From: Octopus bimaculoides
Lineage: Eukaryota
Reading direction: 5' to 3'
Length of the DNA stretch: 64,000 bases
Assembly (NCBI RefSeq): GCF_001194135.2
Contig: NC_068988.1
Coordinates: 95,674,421-95,738,420 of the forward strand
Shown here: positions 36,601 to 49,087 of the stretch, one piece after another
How the letters are laid out: every line of letters begins with the position of its first letter
Position numbering within the stretch: the stretch's first letter is position 1
The notes under the pieces: generated by a model
Told to the model about the DNA's origin: nothing
The model's database searches: none
What the model saw: only the letters and a program-made list of their open reading frames with translations
Program-made: the position numbers and the translations under genes

Positions 36601-39600
36601 TGTTGCCACATTTATCCAATAGATGCTCTTGAAAAACAAGCATGACTTGGTTGAAATATGTTTATATAATATTAACAATTAGAGATACTCTGTTAAAATA
36701 TATTTGAATGAAATGAATTGAAATTTATAGACTTAGATAAAACTCTGCTGTAAAATTAAATAGCAACATAAAAATATGTATACAATTCTAAATAAAATGT
36801 GTTCAATCCTATCTAATTATTCACATTGTAGCTATTAATAATAATGTGTCTCATGTACTTTTTTTTTATTTTGTACTAAACAATAATGCTTTCAGGCTTT
36901 TGGTGACCTAAAACCATATGACATTAAGTTGCCTGGTTGTTTTTATTCCATTGTATTTTGGGTTTGTTTCATTTTCCATCTTGGGATGTTAGTGTCATTT
37001 AAGTTTTATATTTTGAATAGCATCGGCAAGTACATCGCTTTCAATGAATGTTTTCAATAATTTCAGAAGTTTTGCAAGTTGATAAAAATAGTAGTAGAGT
37101 ACCTGGTTAAATACTTAGAAGTATTTTGTTTCATCTGGGTGTTCCCAGTTCAAATCCTGTCAGAGCTGATTTTCCTTTTCTCTCCTCTGCTACATATAAA
37201 ATAGATTCTGATCAAAGACATAGTTGTATGTCTAAGAAGTATAACTTCAGCACCACTTTGTTCTCTGTTTGATCCTATTGAATGGGTCTTTGGGAAAGGG
37301 TAGCATCTCCCATAGCCTCAGATTGACCAATAGCTTCATCATCGTTTAACGTCCGCTTTCCATGCTGGCATGGGTTGGACGGTTCGACTGGGGGCTGGGA
37401 AGCCAAGAGGCTGCGCCAGGCTCCAATCTGATCTGGCAGTGTTTCTACAGCTGGATGCCCTTCCTAACACCAACCACTCCGAGAGTGTAATGGGTGCTTT
37501 TTTACGTGCCACCAGCACAGGGGCCAGAGGAAGCTGGCAATGACCACGATCAGTTGGTGCTTTTTATGTCTCACCGGTACGGAAGCCAGTCAAGGCAGCG
37601 CTGGCATCGGCCACGTTCGGATGGTGAGTGCAATTTCATAGATGGAAACTGTGCTGAAGCTTGTCATGTGCACATATGTATATGAGTGTAGTTGTCTGTG
37701 TTTATATGTTTGGTGCAACACCAGCAGTTAAAAAATTGGTGTTATGTCAAAAAAGTTAATCACTTAAATTTGTATCAGATTAAATGAAGTCCTGAGATTG
37801 ATATAAATGACTGAAAAAGGAAGGTGGTATTCCAGCATGGCCACGGTTTTATGACTGAAACCAATAAAAGAATAAAGACAGTGGTGTTGACTCAATCGCT
37901 TATACAATAAAAACTTTCTTCATCATATTGGTCATATTTGACCCTCTTCTTTGTACTGGCCAAGATGTTAATTTACTAAGACACTGTAAATTAAAAGTGA
38001 TTGAAAATATCCAGTTCTTGATGAAGTGTCTTTGTTGCTTTGTTTTTCTTTCTTTTATATTACAAACTAAATTATTTGTGGAAAAAATCTGAAATGATTC
38101 ACAATCCGTGAAAACACAGGCAATTGGAGACTGAAATAATTTTCTTTGTTTTTTTCTTTCTTCTTTTCTGTCTTTTTCTGTCTTTGATTTTTTTTTTTTT
38201 CTTAATTAAAACCAAATACTTTATTTTATCCCAGGGAGAAGACAATTGGAGACATGATCAAAATCAGAATCGAGGCTACCGATCAAGTCGTGGTAATCGT
38301 AGCAGGTCACCCCCGAAACCACACATCCCCACTGCTCCAGTTGATGATTCAGGAATTGGTAAGTAGAGCAAGGCAGACGCAGGAATGAAAGACAATACAG
38401 AGAGGGGAAGATACGGAAATTAACAGATCCTGCAGCTGGGTATAGGTTTAGAGAAATTTTATGAAGGTCACACAGAGAGTCAAAACCCAATTGATATATG
38501 GCAGGATGGATCTAGATATAACACAGATACGTTTTGTGCCTGGAAGAGATACAATTTTGCTAGCAAGGCAACTACAGGAGAAATACTTGGTTAAGAGTAA
38601 ACTATTATTACTGGCCTTTGTTGGCCTGAAGAAGGCCCTTGATAGGGTACCATGTACAATAATCTCACGGTCACTAAGGAAACTCAGCATTGACTAATGG
38701 CCATGTACAAAGACAGTGAAGAATTTAGCATAAGGGATGGAGACCATCAGGGTTTAATTGTTGGTTCCCTTCTATTCGTTGTCATAGACCTACCTGCCTT
38801 TGTAGAGGAGTTTAAGACTGGCTGTTCATGGGAACTCTATATGGTGATGCTCTAGTTTTTAAAGCTGAATTTGTTGGGGAATTCGAGAGAATATTCCTGG
38901 CTTGGAAGCTAAACCTAGAATTACAAAAGGTCTTAAGGTAGACTTAGCAAAGGAAACAGGACCCTGGTATCTTCAGGGAAATGGTTTGATGTACAGAAAA
39001 CAAAAGAGATTTTGTTGTTTGTATGAAGCTTTGATATTGTAATATACGTAAAGATGTGTAATGAGAGCAGATGTTTGATAAAAAAGGATCCCCTTTATCT
39101 GCAGTAGAAATGTTTGAATGAATTAAGTTTATTTACATTCAGTATTGTGGTGCAAGGAAAATGCTTTTTGAATTATAAATGTGTTTCTGTTGAAGCCAAG
39201 GAAAATATTACAACAAGATCTGTTTGTTTCAGATGCAACAAAACGTAAAAATTTACCTGCCTGGATTCGAGAGGGTTTAGAGAAAATGGAAAGAGAGAAG
39301 CAGAAAAAGTTAGAAAAAGAGAGAAAAGATAAGGAGCAAATTGAGGCATTGAAGGCGAAAGAAAATGCTGAGAAAGAAGCGACAGAGGAAGTATTAAAAG
39401 AGAGAGCTGAAGGGAAACTTGAGGGCAAAGATGGGTTCTCAGTCATCAAAAGTCGTTTTGTAAGTAATTTTTGTTGAATTGGAATTTGGTTGCATATTCT
39501 GTGGAATGATTTGTTGGTGAGGAAGGCAGTATTGGGTGGAGATTTAGGTTGTTACTAACAATTACACTCATGTAGTAAAGATTGTTTTGACAACTTGGCT

Positions 39601-42600
39601 GTCCTGGTTTAGGACGAATGTTGCTGTAATTTAGCCACAGGAAACATCGTCTCCATCTAGCTATACACGATCTGTGTCCTTATATTTTCGAACAAGGGAA
39701 TCTAGCCCCACCCCCACTTAGCTCAAAACAATATCTGTGTATTGCGATTTCCGGGTTATTACAGCAACATTCGTCCTGAAGCAGGACTGCCATGTTATGT
39801 TGGAAAAATAGTCTTTACTCCAAAGTAATTTTCTAATTACACTCATCATTATTTTTAATATTTGCTTTTTCTATGCTGGCATGGGTTGAATGTGGCTTAT
39901 TGCAACAGTCATTTTACAACTTGTCACCAATTCTTATATTGATCTTCACATGAAACTTACAAGCTACAAGGCCTAATTCTTTTACATGGCATAAAAAAAC
40001 ATGCATCATATCTCTATGATGTCAATGGGAAAACAATGCAGAAACAAGCATTTGCACTTGCATGTGCACACACACACTCTGCTTTGAAAGGAAGAAAAGA
40101 AAGTTGACTTCAATAGGGTTTGAATTTAGATTGCAGAAGAATTGGTACCAATACTGTTAGGCATCCTGTTGGGTGTTCCACAGATTCATTTACCTTATGA
40201 TGACTGAAGATCAAAGCTGTTCCAAGTATTTTAAGGTATAGTGTACCTCGGACTGTCTTATCCAGTGTGTCTTCCCTTCGGATGGGAGGGAAATTTGGTT
40301 GTTGGTTGAGTAATTATGTAGAGGCTCCCTAATTTGTCAAATGCTTGTTGTGTAGGGGCAGAAAGAGGGCCTGTTGTATCTATTTATGCATAAGTAATAA
40401 TCTAATTAATTATATAAGGAATTACACAATTGAATCTATAGGTTGGACTCGTGTCAGCATCTCGGTAGATATTAGCAATTTTCAGTGGTTGTGGAGTAGA
40501 GAGAGAGAGTCCTACCTTTTTCTGATGCACACACACACACACCAGTTTATTCTTCTATTTACAAATGTATTGTCAATGTTTTAAAGGAGTCAGATGAAGA
40601 GGAAACGAGAGGCAGTGATAGTAAAAGTCTGCCAGAGGAACCAGTTGCGAAAACTGAAAAACGTTCACCTTCACCTGATGCTTACAAGACTGAAGAAGAA
40701 AAAGAAGCCGAATTGGTAAATACTTCAATGTTGTTGTTGTTGTTGTTGTTATGCTTGACTGTTAGTAGAAGTTGATGGTGCTACTTAATGTTGGAAATAG
40801 ATTCAAGGGGAACGTTGATCGAATCATAAATTTCAGGGGAGTTGACTTGTTACTCTACTTACCAAAAAGCCTGTTTAATGATTGGACATCTTCAACAGAA
40901 AATGAGTCAAGTCCAACAGGAAACGGTGTTTCCTAGGGCTAAATAACAGTAGCATTCTTCCCTTTTATGGGACTGTCACATTAAGTTGACAACATACTAT
41001 CACTTTATCGTGCTGCTACTGCCTCACAGAAGGAATGACTAGTGACCGAGATCTTTGGCGATATGCTGTGCTTGAGAAGATCCATTAAGCCAAGTGAAAG
41101 TGTAGTCATAACTGGCGCTCGTGCCAGTGGCACGTAAAGAGCACCTTTTGAGCGTTGGGCCTCAAGGAGGCCGAGTGGCTGAATTCCTTTTGGGTGTTGG
41201 GCCTCACAGAGGCAATGACTGAGTCCTTTGGCATTGTGTCGTGCTTGAGAAAACCCATCAAGCTGAGCAAAATCGCAGTCATGGCAGATGCTGATGTCAC
41301 ACAAATGGCACATAAGAGCACTCATTACACACTCAGAGTGGTTGGCATTAGGAAGGGCATCCAGCTGTAGAAAGCCATGCCAAATCAGACTTGAGTCTGG
41401 TACAGCCTTCCAGCTTACCAGTCTTGGACAAACCATCCAACCCATGCCAACATGGACAGTGGGTATTAAATGATGATGATGATATATATAAATAATAATC
41501 CTACATTATATCGGCACAGCTCGGTGTGACCCCAAAATATTTGTATCTCCAATTGGCATCATTAGACTGTCATCATCATCATCATCGTTTAACGTCCGCT
41601 TTCCATGCTAGCATGGGTTGGACGATTTGACTGAGGACTGGTGAAACCGGATGGCAACACCAGGCTCCAGTCTGATTTGGCAGAGTTTCTACAGCTGGAT
41701 GCCCTTCCTAACGCCAACCACTCAGAGAGTGTAGTGGGTGCTTTTACGTGTCACCCGCACGAAAACGGCCACGCTCGAAATGGTGTCTTTTATGTGCCAC
41801 CCGCACAAGCNNNNNNNNNNNNNNNNNNNNNNNNNNNNNNNNNNNNNNNNNNNNNNNNNNNNNNNNNNNNNNNNNNNNNNNNNNNNNNNNNNNNNNNNNN
41901 NNNNNNNNNNNNNNNNNNNNNNNNNNNNNNNNNNNNNNNNNNNNNNNNNNNNNNNNNNNNNNNNNNNNNNNNNNNNNNNNNNNNNNNNNNNNNNNNNNNN
42001 NNNNNNNNNNNNNNNNNNNNNNNNNNNNNNNNNNNNNNNNNNNNNNNNNNNNNNNNNNNNNNNNNNNNNNNNNNNNNNNNNNNNNNNNNNNNNNNNNNNN
42101 NNNNNNNNNNNNNNNNNNNNNNNNNNNNNNNNNNNNNNNNNNNNNNNNNNNNNNNNNNNNNNNNNNNNNNNNNNNNNNNNNNNNNNNNNNNNNNNNNNNN
42201 NNNNNNNNNNNNNNNNNNNNNNNNNNNNNNNNNNNNNNNNNNNNNNNNNNNNNNNNNNNNNNNNNNNNNNNNNNNNNNNNNNNNNNNNNNNNNNNNNNNN
42301 NNNNNNNNNNNNNNNNNNNNNNNNNNNNNNNNNNNNNNNNNNNNNNNNNNNNNNNNNNNNNNNNNNNNNNNNNNNNNNNNNNNNNNNNNNNNNNNNNNNN
42401 NNNNNNNNNNNNNNNNNNNNNNNNNNNNNNNNNNNNNNNNNNNNNNNNNNNNNNNNNNNNNNNNNNNNNNNNNNNNNNNNNNNNNNNNNNNNNNNNNNNN
42501 NNNNNNNNNNNNNNNNNNNNNNNNNNNNNNNNNNNNNNNNNNNNNNNNNNNNNNNNNNNNNNNNNNNNNNNNNNNNNNNNNNNNNNNNNNNNNNNNNNNN

Positions 42601-45338
42601 NNNNNNNNNNNNNNNNNNNNNNNNNNNNNNNNNNNNNNNNNNNNNNNNNNNNNNNNNNNNNNNNNNNNNNNNNNNNNNNNNNNNNNNNNNNNNNNNNNNN
42701 NNNNNNNNNNNNNNNNNNNNNNNNNNNNNNNNNNNNNNNTTATTAGGATTTTGGTTTTAGCTAGGTTGACTCTAAGGCCCTTCAATTCTAGACCTTGCTT
42801 CCACACCTGAAACTTCTCCTCTAGTTCTGATAGTGACTCCGCAATTAGGGCAAGGTCATCAGCATAGAGGAGCTCCCAGGGGCAACCTGTCTTGAACTCC
42901 TCTGTGATTGCCTGGAGGACTATGGTAAATAATAGGGGGCTGAGGACGGAACCTTGGTGGACCCCTACCTCTACCCGGAATTCATTGCTGTACTCATTTA
43001 TGCATATTCAAAACATTTCCTGTAAACAAACTTAAAGGGGACACACACAGGGAAATATTTCTCCAAGTTTACTGTAGGGTGTTGAAGTAGGTCCCTTTAC
43101 AGCTTTCTTGGGACATGTATTACTGTCATAATGTATTTTTCCTTATAGCAAATAAAAGTGCGAAGATATTTGACTGAGATCCTCTTAGATGTGACAAACA
43201 CAGAAATCGAAGTTGTTGCCAAGGAAGTTTATTTCAAAGCCAGAAACCGAGCTGCCAAAGGTAATTTTATACAACATCTTTCATTTTTATTCTCCTGTTT
43301 TTTAAATGATTTCATTCTCTCTGAAGTTATTCATTGATGATTCACAGTGGCTTCCTGCTACAATGTCCAGTTTATTATTATTTAAATAATGATAATAATA
43401 ATCTCATTATGAGGAAACGTTATCAGATATATTTAAATTAGTCAGCCATGATTCGTCAAATTGTTGGAGCACCACCCCCCATGAAGTCTCCATTTCGATG
43501 TGGAGGAACTCTTGTGGGAAGTCTTTGTCTCTTGGAGCCATATTCTTCAGATGATTTGGACTTACTATTGCAAGATGATAACACAACAGTTATAAAACAG
43601 CTTCTGCTGCTGCTTACATCAGGTGAGCTCTACACTCCATGGTACTAATACAGAAGTTTGTTGAGAGTTAAGTATATTGGGTTGTGGTCATCTTGTCACA
43701 GAAATGATAAGGTACAAACTGACAACTCCTTTAAACAATAGTTGAACTCCCTTTTAACTTGGTTAAACGCCGCTTCCTACTTCATGAAGTTCTTAGCAGT
43801 TGTATTGCAGTCAAGCTTGGAATGCTCCTGTGACAGTGTGATCAGTGAAATTTGAGAGGACACCTCCAAAACATTTTCATTTTGTTATTTTTGGATGGAA
43901 TGCAGCTATGGTTTTTTAGAGATATGAACCATTTATTGATGGAAAAATTGATCTAAGAATACAAAGGTACTGTTTTTCTGAGATTATTTATCACTTCGAT
44001 CAATGTAGCTGGAAATATCTACTGTTGCTAATCTGCAATTGAGGGCTGTATCATTAAGAACATCCATTAAGGCAAATGTCTGGATTGATTGACACATTTA
44101 ATGATAGTTGGGAGGAAGCTGGCGTAACACATCGATTAAGATAGATAAGGGTGGAAGAAAAGGAAATGGCCGTTTACAAAAAAATGCTGGTTCCATTTAC
44201 AAATCACCTTCAGGACTGTTATGGGTCTCAATGTCATTGGATAATTAATATATGGTAATCTAATTGGTAAGATTAAGTTTTATATTGACACAAGTAGACA
44301 ATATTTTCTACTATCATAACAACACTGGATCCTGTAGTTGTAACAAAAACTGAACGGAGTATTCTGGAAATTACCATAAGATAACTATTTAATATTTGTT
44401 GAAACATGTTCCTTAAGAAATGGTTTGTGTTCGTTTTTGAAATAAAGAAATTTTAAGAGACTTGATTTGAAATAAAGAAGGTTTTAAGCACCATTGATAT
44501 AAAAACAACCTGGTTTGAAAATAAAAAAAGAAGTTAAAAAGAAATATATTAAAAGAAAACACCTAGAATATGTTGAATTACAATCTTTGGGATGGTGGAA
44601 GTTGTTGAGGGTAAAAAAAATGTCTTTGTTGAGATTGAAGTAAAATGTGACATGGACTGGGTGAATGAGTGATGAATAGCAAGTGGTATTTTCAAATGAA
44701 TATATTCTTTTCACTTGCTGGATATTTTACAAATGGCTTACCAATCTGGCATCTGATTCTATTTATCATTTATCCACTATTTCTCCATTCCGTTACTTAA
44801 CAAATTCCACACATGGGATATAAGGGAAAAGGCTCTTTCTATAAGAAGATCTTTCACTTTTTACTCCAGCAAGACGCACACACACACACGCACACACATT
44901 ATTTGATAATATATGTCATATATTATACAACATATATGTGTGTGAGCAAAGTATGTTATATGTATATATATATATTAATATTTATATATTTATATATACA
45001 CAAACGTGTGTGTGTGTGTGTGATCAGTGTTTTATCAACAATTGTTATGATGCTAGCATGTGCCATGGGTCAGACAGCACTTGTTGAGCCAATTTTTCTA
45101 TAGCCTGATGCCTTTCCTGCCACAAAACCTCTCTTATTTCCAAATGAGGGATTATTTTTCGCCCCATGTTTTGAGCAGTGGCCAGACATGTTTCTGTGGC
45201 AGATGTAAAGAGAGATACCATCTGTGCAGTGACATTGCCAATACAGCATGCAGAGAGCTGGACATGTTTTCACGACAGAAGCTAACAAAAAAAAAATGCT
45301 ATGGCTACACACAGTGCAAACAATGTCAAAATATTCGG

Positions 45339-45375
<37 letters not shown>

Positions 45376-48300
45376 CCTGTAGTTTCAGCCTACCAGTTCC
45401 ACCTACAAAGCATTAGACAGCCTGAAGCTATAATATATTACTTGTGTGTCTGTGTGTGTGGCTGTATGCCCCAATTGTGAATGAAACTCTGAGTTACAAA
45501 TTACTTTGATTCCATCTCATTGACTTCAAGAATATTTTTTGATAAGGAAATTTTAAAATAAAGAAAGCCATAAAGTTTTTTAAAAAACCAACAACAAAAT
45601 ACCCATTTCACAATTGTGATATATTGACTGATTTATTGATACATGTGTAGATAATTGGCAATAATCAATACAAGTCTAACTTTTCCTTTAGAATTTTATT
45701 GATTTGTTTTGGTTTTCTTCAAATAAAAATTTCCACCAATTGTGTTTTTCTTTTTTTTCTTTTTTGGTGTTTGGTGCAAAAAAAAGAACAAGTATAATAG
45801 TCTATGAGTGTGTGTGTGTGTTTACATCTTAAGGATTTAGTAACTTTCTTAAGAGTTATGAAATAATTGGGGTTTTTTTTGTTTTTTTGGTTATACAATG
45901 GAGCTGGAAGTAGATAAAGCTACAAATAATAGCTTGTAGATATTGGATAAATATTTCCATGCTATTATAGTTTTATCTATTTTGAGTTTCACTGCTTAAA
46001 AAAAGGAGAAAGAGAAAAAAATATATATCTAACATCTTGAATTTGCAGAGAGATTTTTTTTTTCTTTTATATTAATGTTCAGTTGGTGATTTTGATATTT
46101 TGAGTTAATATTCTGTTAATAAAATAATTAAACAATATCATTTTATCCTATTGTATTTAATTTATTGTAAGATATTTCAGCTTTTTGCTAAACATGTAAA
46201 GGTTTACTGCTATTAAAAATGGTTTTCTTATTTGCCATTGAAAACTACATCTTCTGATTTAGATATTCCAAATAAAATGGTGATTTCTGTCCCTGGAAGC
46301 AAGGTTGTAGGTTGTTTCTTAGTCTTTGAGAGCTTTGGAAATTATTTTAGAGTCTTTTCAAAACTCTTTCTTTAGGATCATCATTGTTGTTTAGATTTAA
46401 GAATTTTGCTTTCTAAGTTAAGGAATCTTACCTGCCTCCACCCTCACCCCCCACTGGCCTTAGTATATTCTTTTTTCTTTTTTTTCTTTTCTACTCTAGG
46501 CAAGAGCCCCAAAATTTTGGGGAAGGAGGTTTGTCGATTAGATCAACCCCAGTACGCAACTGGTACTTAATTTATCGGCCGATGAAAGGCAAAATCGACC
46601 TCGGCAGAATTGGCCTTAGTATATTAAATGTATGTGTCTTTGTGCGTGTGTGTGTGTGTGTCCCCACTTGACAACTGGTGTGGGTTTGTTTACATCCCTA
46701 TACCTTAATGGTTTGGCAAAAAGCGGCTGACAGAATAAGTACTAATCTTAAAAGTAAGTAGTGGGGTGTAACCTCTCAAGGCAGTTGTTGCCCCAGCATG
46801 GCCACAGTCCAATGACTGAAACAAGCCACGGATAACAGCTGGACTTTTACACTCTTCTGCTGCTGCTTGTCACACATCCAAACATGAATAATTATTTCTT
46901 AATTAGATTCAAAGCTTTTGACAAAACCTCAAATATGTCCAGAATAATAATATCTGCCGTAGGATTTTTATAGCAGAATTTATCTTTCAAGTTTATCTGT
47001 TTTGGTTTCTTGGACACAGTAAAGTAAAACTGTTTGAAAGCTGGATCCTTGTAGCCTGTTGTCTCCTAAATATTCTTCATTTTAATTGCTTATGAAACCA
47101 AAATACATTCAAACAGAAAATATTCGACTCTATTATTTTCTATGATTTGCATTCAGTTCAGTTTAATTACATAAACCATGTAATTAAAATGTATCAATCT
47201 TATTTAGTATGTTTTTATTATTATTATTATTTATGTAGCTAAATAGTTGTGTGTCCAGGAGCTGAGATATCTCTGGAATTTGTATGTCTGTATCATTTGA
47301 AGATTGATTGTGGAACAGAATTGGTATCTTCCATAGAAATAGGTGTTGGCTTAGATTGTTGTTTGATTCAAGCTTGGCTTTGTAAGCTAGTTCTTGTTTT
47401 GAGAGATAAAAAGGGGAAATATAATTGTATTGGTTGATGAGATTATATATATGAAGAAAAAAAAATTATCTATGAAGAACATTTCAGCCCTCTGCTCACC
47501 TTTTCCCAAAATGAAATTCTTTCAAACGGCTTTTGAGTTAGATTACTTGAGTTTCATCTGTTTTATAATAATATTGGTTTGGGTATTAGAGATGACAGAC
47601 TTTGATCAATATAGGTTATTTCCCTTCATCAGCACAGAATAATTGTTCAGGAAATCGCGATACACAGATATTGTTTTGAGCTGAGTGGTGGGTGCTAGAT
47701 TCCCTTGTTTGAAAATATAAGGTCACAGACCGTGTCCTGTAGCCAGCTGGAGACGATGTCTCCTGAGGCTAAATTACAGCAACATTCGTCCTAAACCATG
47801 ACTGCCATGTTATGTTGGCAAANNNNNNNNNNACATTCGTCCTAAACCATGACTGCCATGTTATGTTGGCAAACAATCTTTACTCCAAAGTACTGTTGCT
47901 GAATATCTCTTGTTGTGAGATTTAAAAATAGTAATTTTCTAATAATAACGATATTTACAAAAATATTTAGTGAGAAGAATTCTGTGTAAAAGAATTTGTT
48001 TACTTGGAAACTGGAATCCTTATTTGAAGCTTCATGTTGCAGTTCTTTGTTTGGTGAATGATTTAAGATATTTGGAATACATTGAACAGCAGAGGACCTG
48101 GTGAAATATGTTGTACTCTAAGTAAATACCAACAACCATGTGTACTTTGAATAAGTTTCCCCTCAGTAAACCTTTATTTTTCTTCTTCTGCAGCTTAATT
48201 AAAAAGCCAACATGTTTAATTGCTTTAATGCTAATTAAACACTTTTTTTTCTCCTGTTAACTTCAATATTTAGTCTTGTTATGTACTCATTGACATTTGT

Positions 48301-49051
48301 TTGGTTGTTTTAGTTATTGTTTTAGTTTTATGTATGTGTGTGTCTGTGTGTACTCAGACACACACATACATACAATTTTTGATTGAATCTTCAGTTCTTT
48401 AACGAGGACATTTTCATTAGATGTCAGTTCACCGCTGACAAAATTTGATTTTATTCAATAATGAAATATTCATGCTGTTGCATGTTTATAGAAATTTTGA
48501 CAGTTGAATCAATATTTTTACATCCTTAGGCTTTTATTATTATTATTATTATTATCATCACTTGTTTGGATGTTGATCTGGTATCATGTTTAAATTGCTC
48601 GCCTCGTAATTGTTTTGAAAACAATCTGTTTTGTTTAGCCGTAACTATTTGCAATGAAACTGAGCTGAGCTGCTTTGGTAACATGTCTAAGTATTTCTGT
48701 GAGTATTTTTTGATGAGATGCTGTTCAAGAATTATGTTTCAGAGTGAAAACCTTGTTACTTGATAAAACAATGCTGATGCTGCCTTCACTGTGTGTGTGT
48801 GTGCGCCATCACCACGTCCTCATCGGGGCTGCCAGGAGGCGCAGTGCTCCTGCTATCTATTGCAGCCCATTTGCTGTGTTTTTTAATTCTACAGACGTCT
48901 TCCTACTGATGCTTCTTGAATGCTTACCATGACTAATTATGATTTTTATAATTGTATGTAAGCCCCAGCAAAGCAGCTTGCCAACTCCACTGCTTTGGCT
49001 TCTTTGTCAACCCTTGGTAAGTACCGTTCGTTCCTTTTTTTTCTGTCAACA

Positions 49052-49087
<36 letters not shown>

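Noticed and set aside
47783-47875. Tandem duplication of about 40 nt
   Set aside because: The identical copies flank a 10-N gap, typical of overlapping contig ends.
48712-48777. C/D box snoRNA (TGATGA ... CTGA)
   Set aside because: Imperfect box C, no terminal stem, no recognisable guide sequence.
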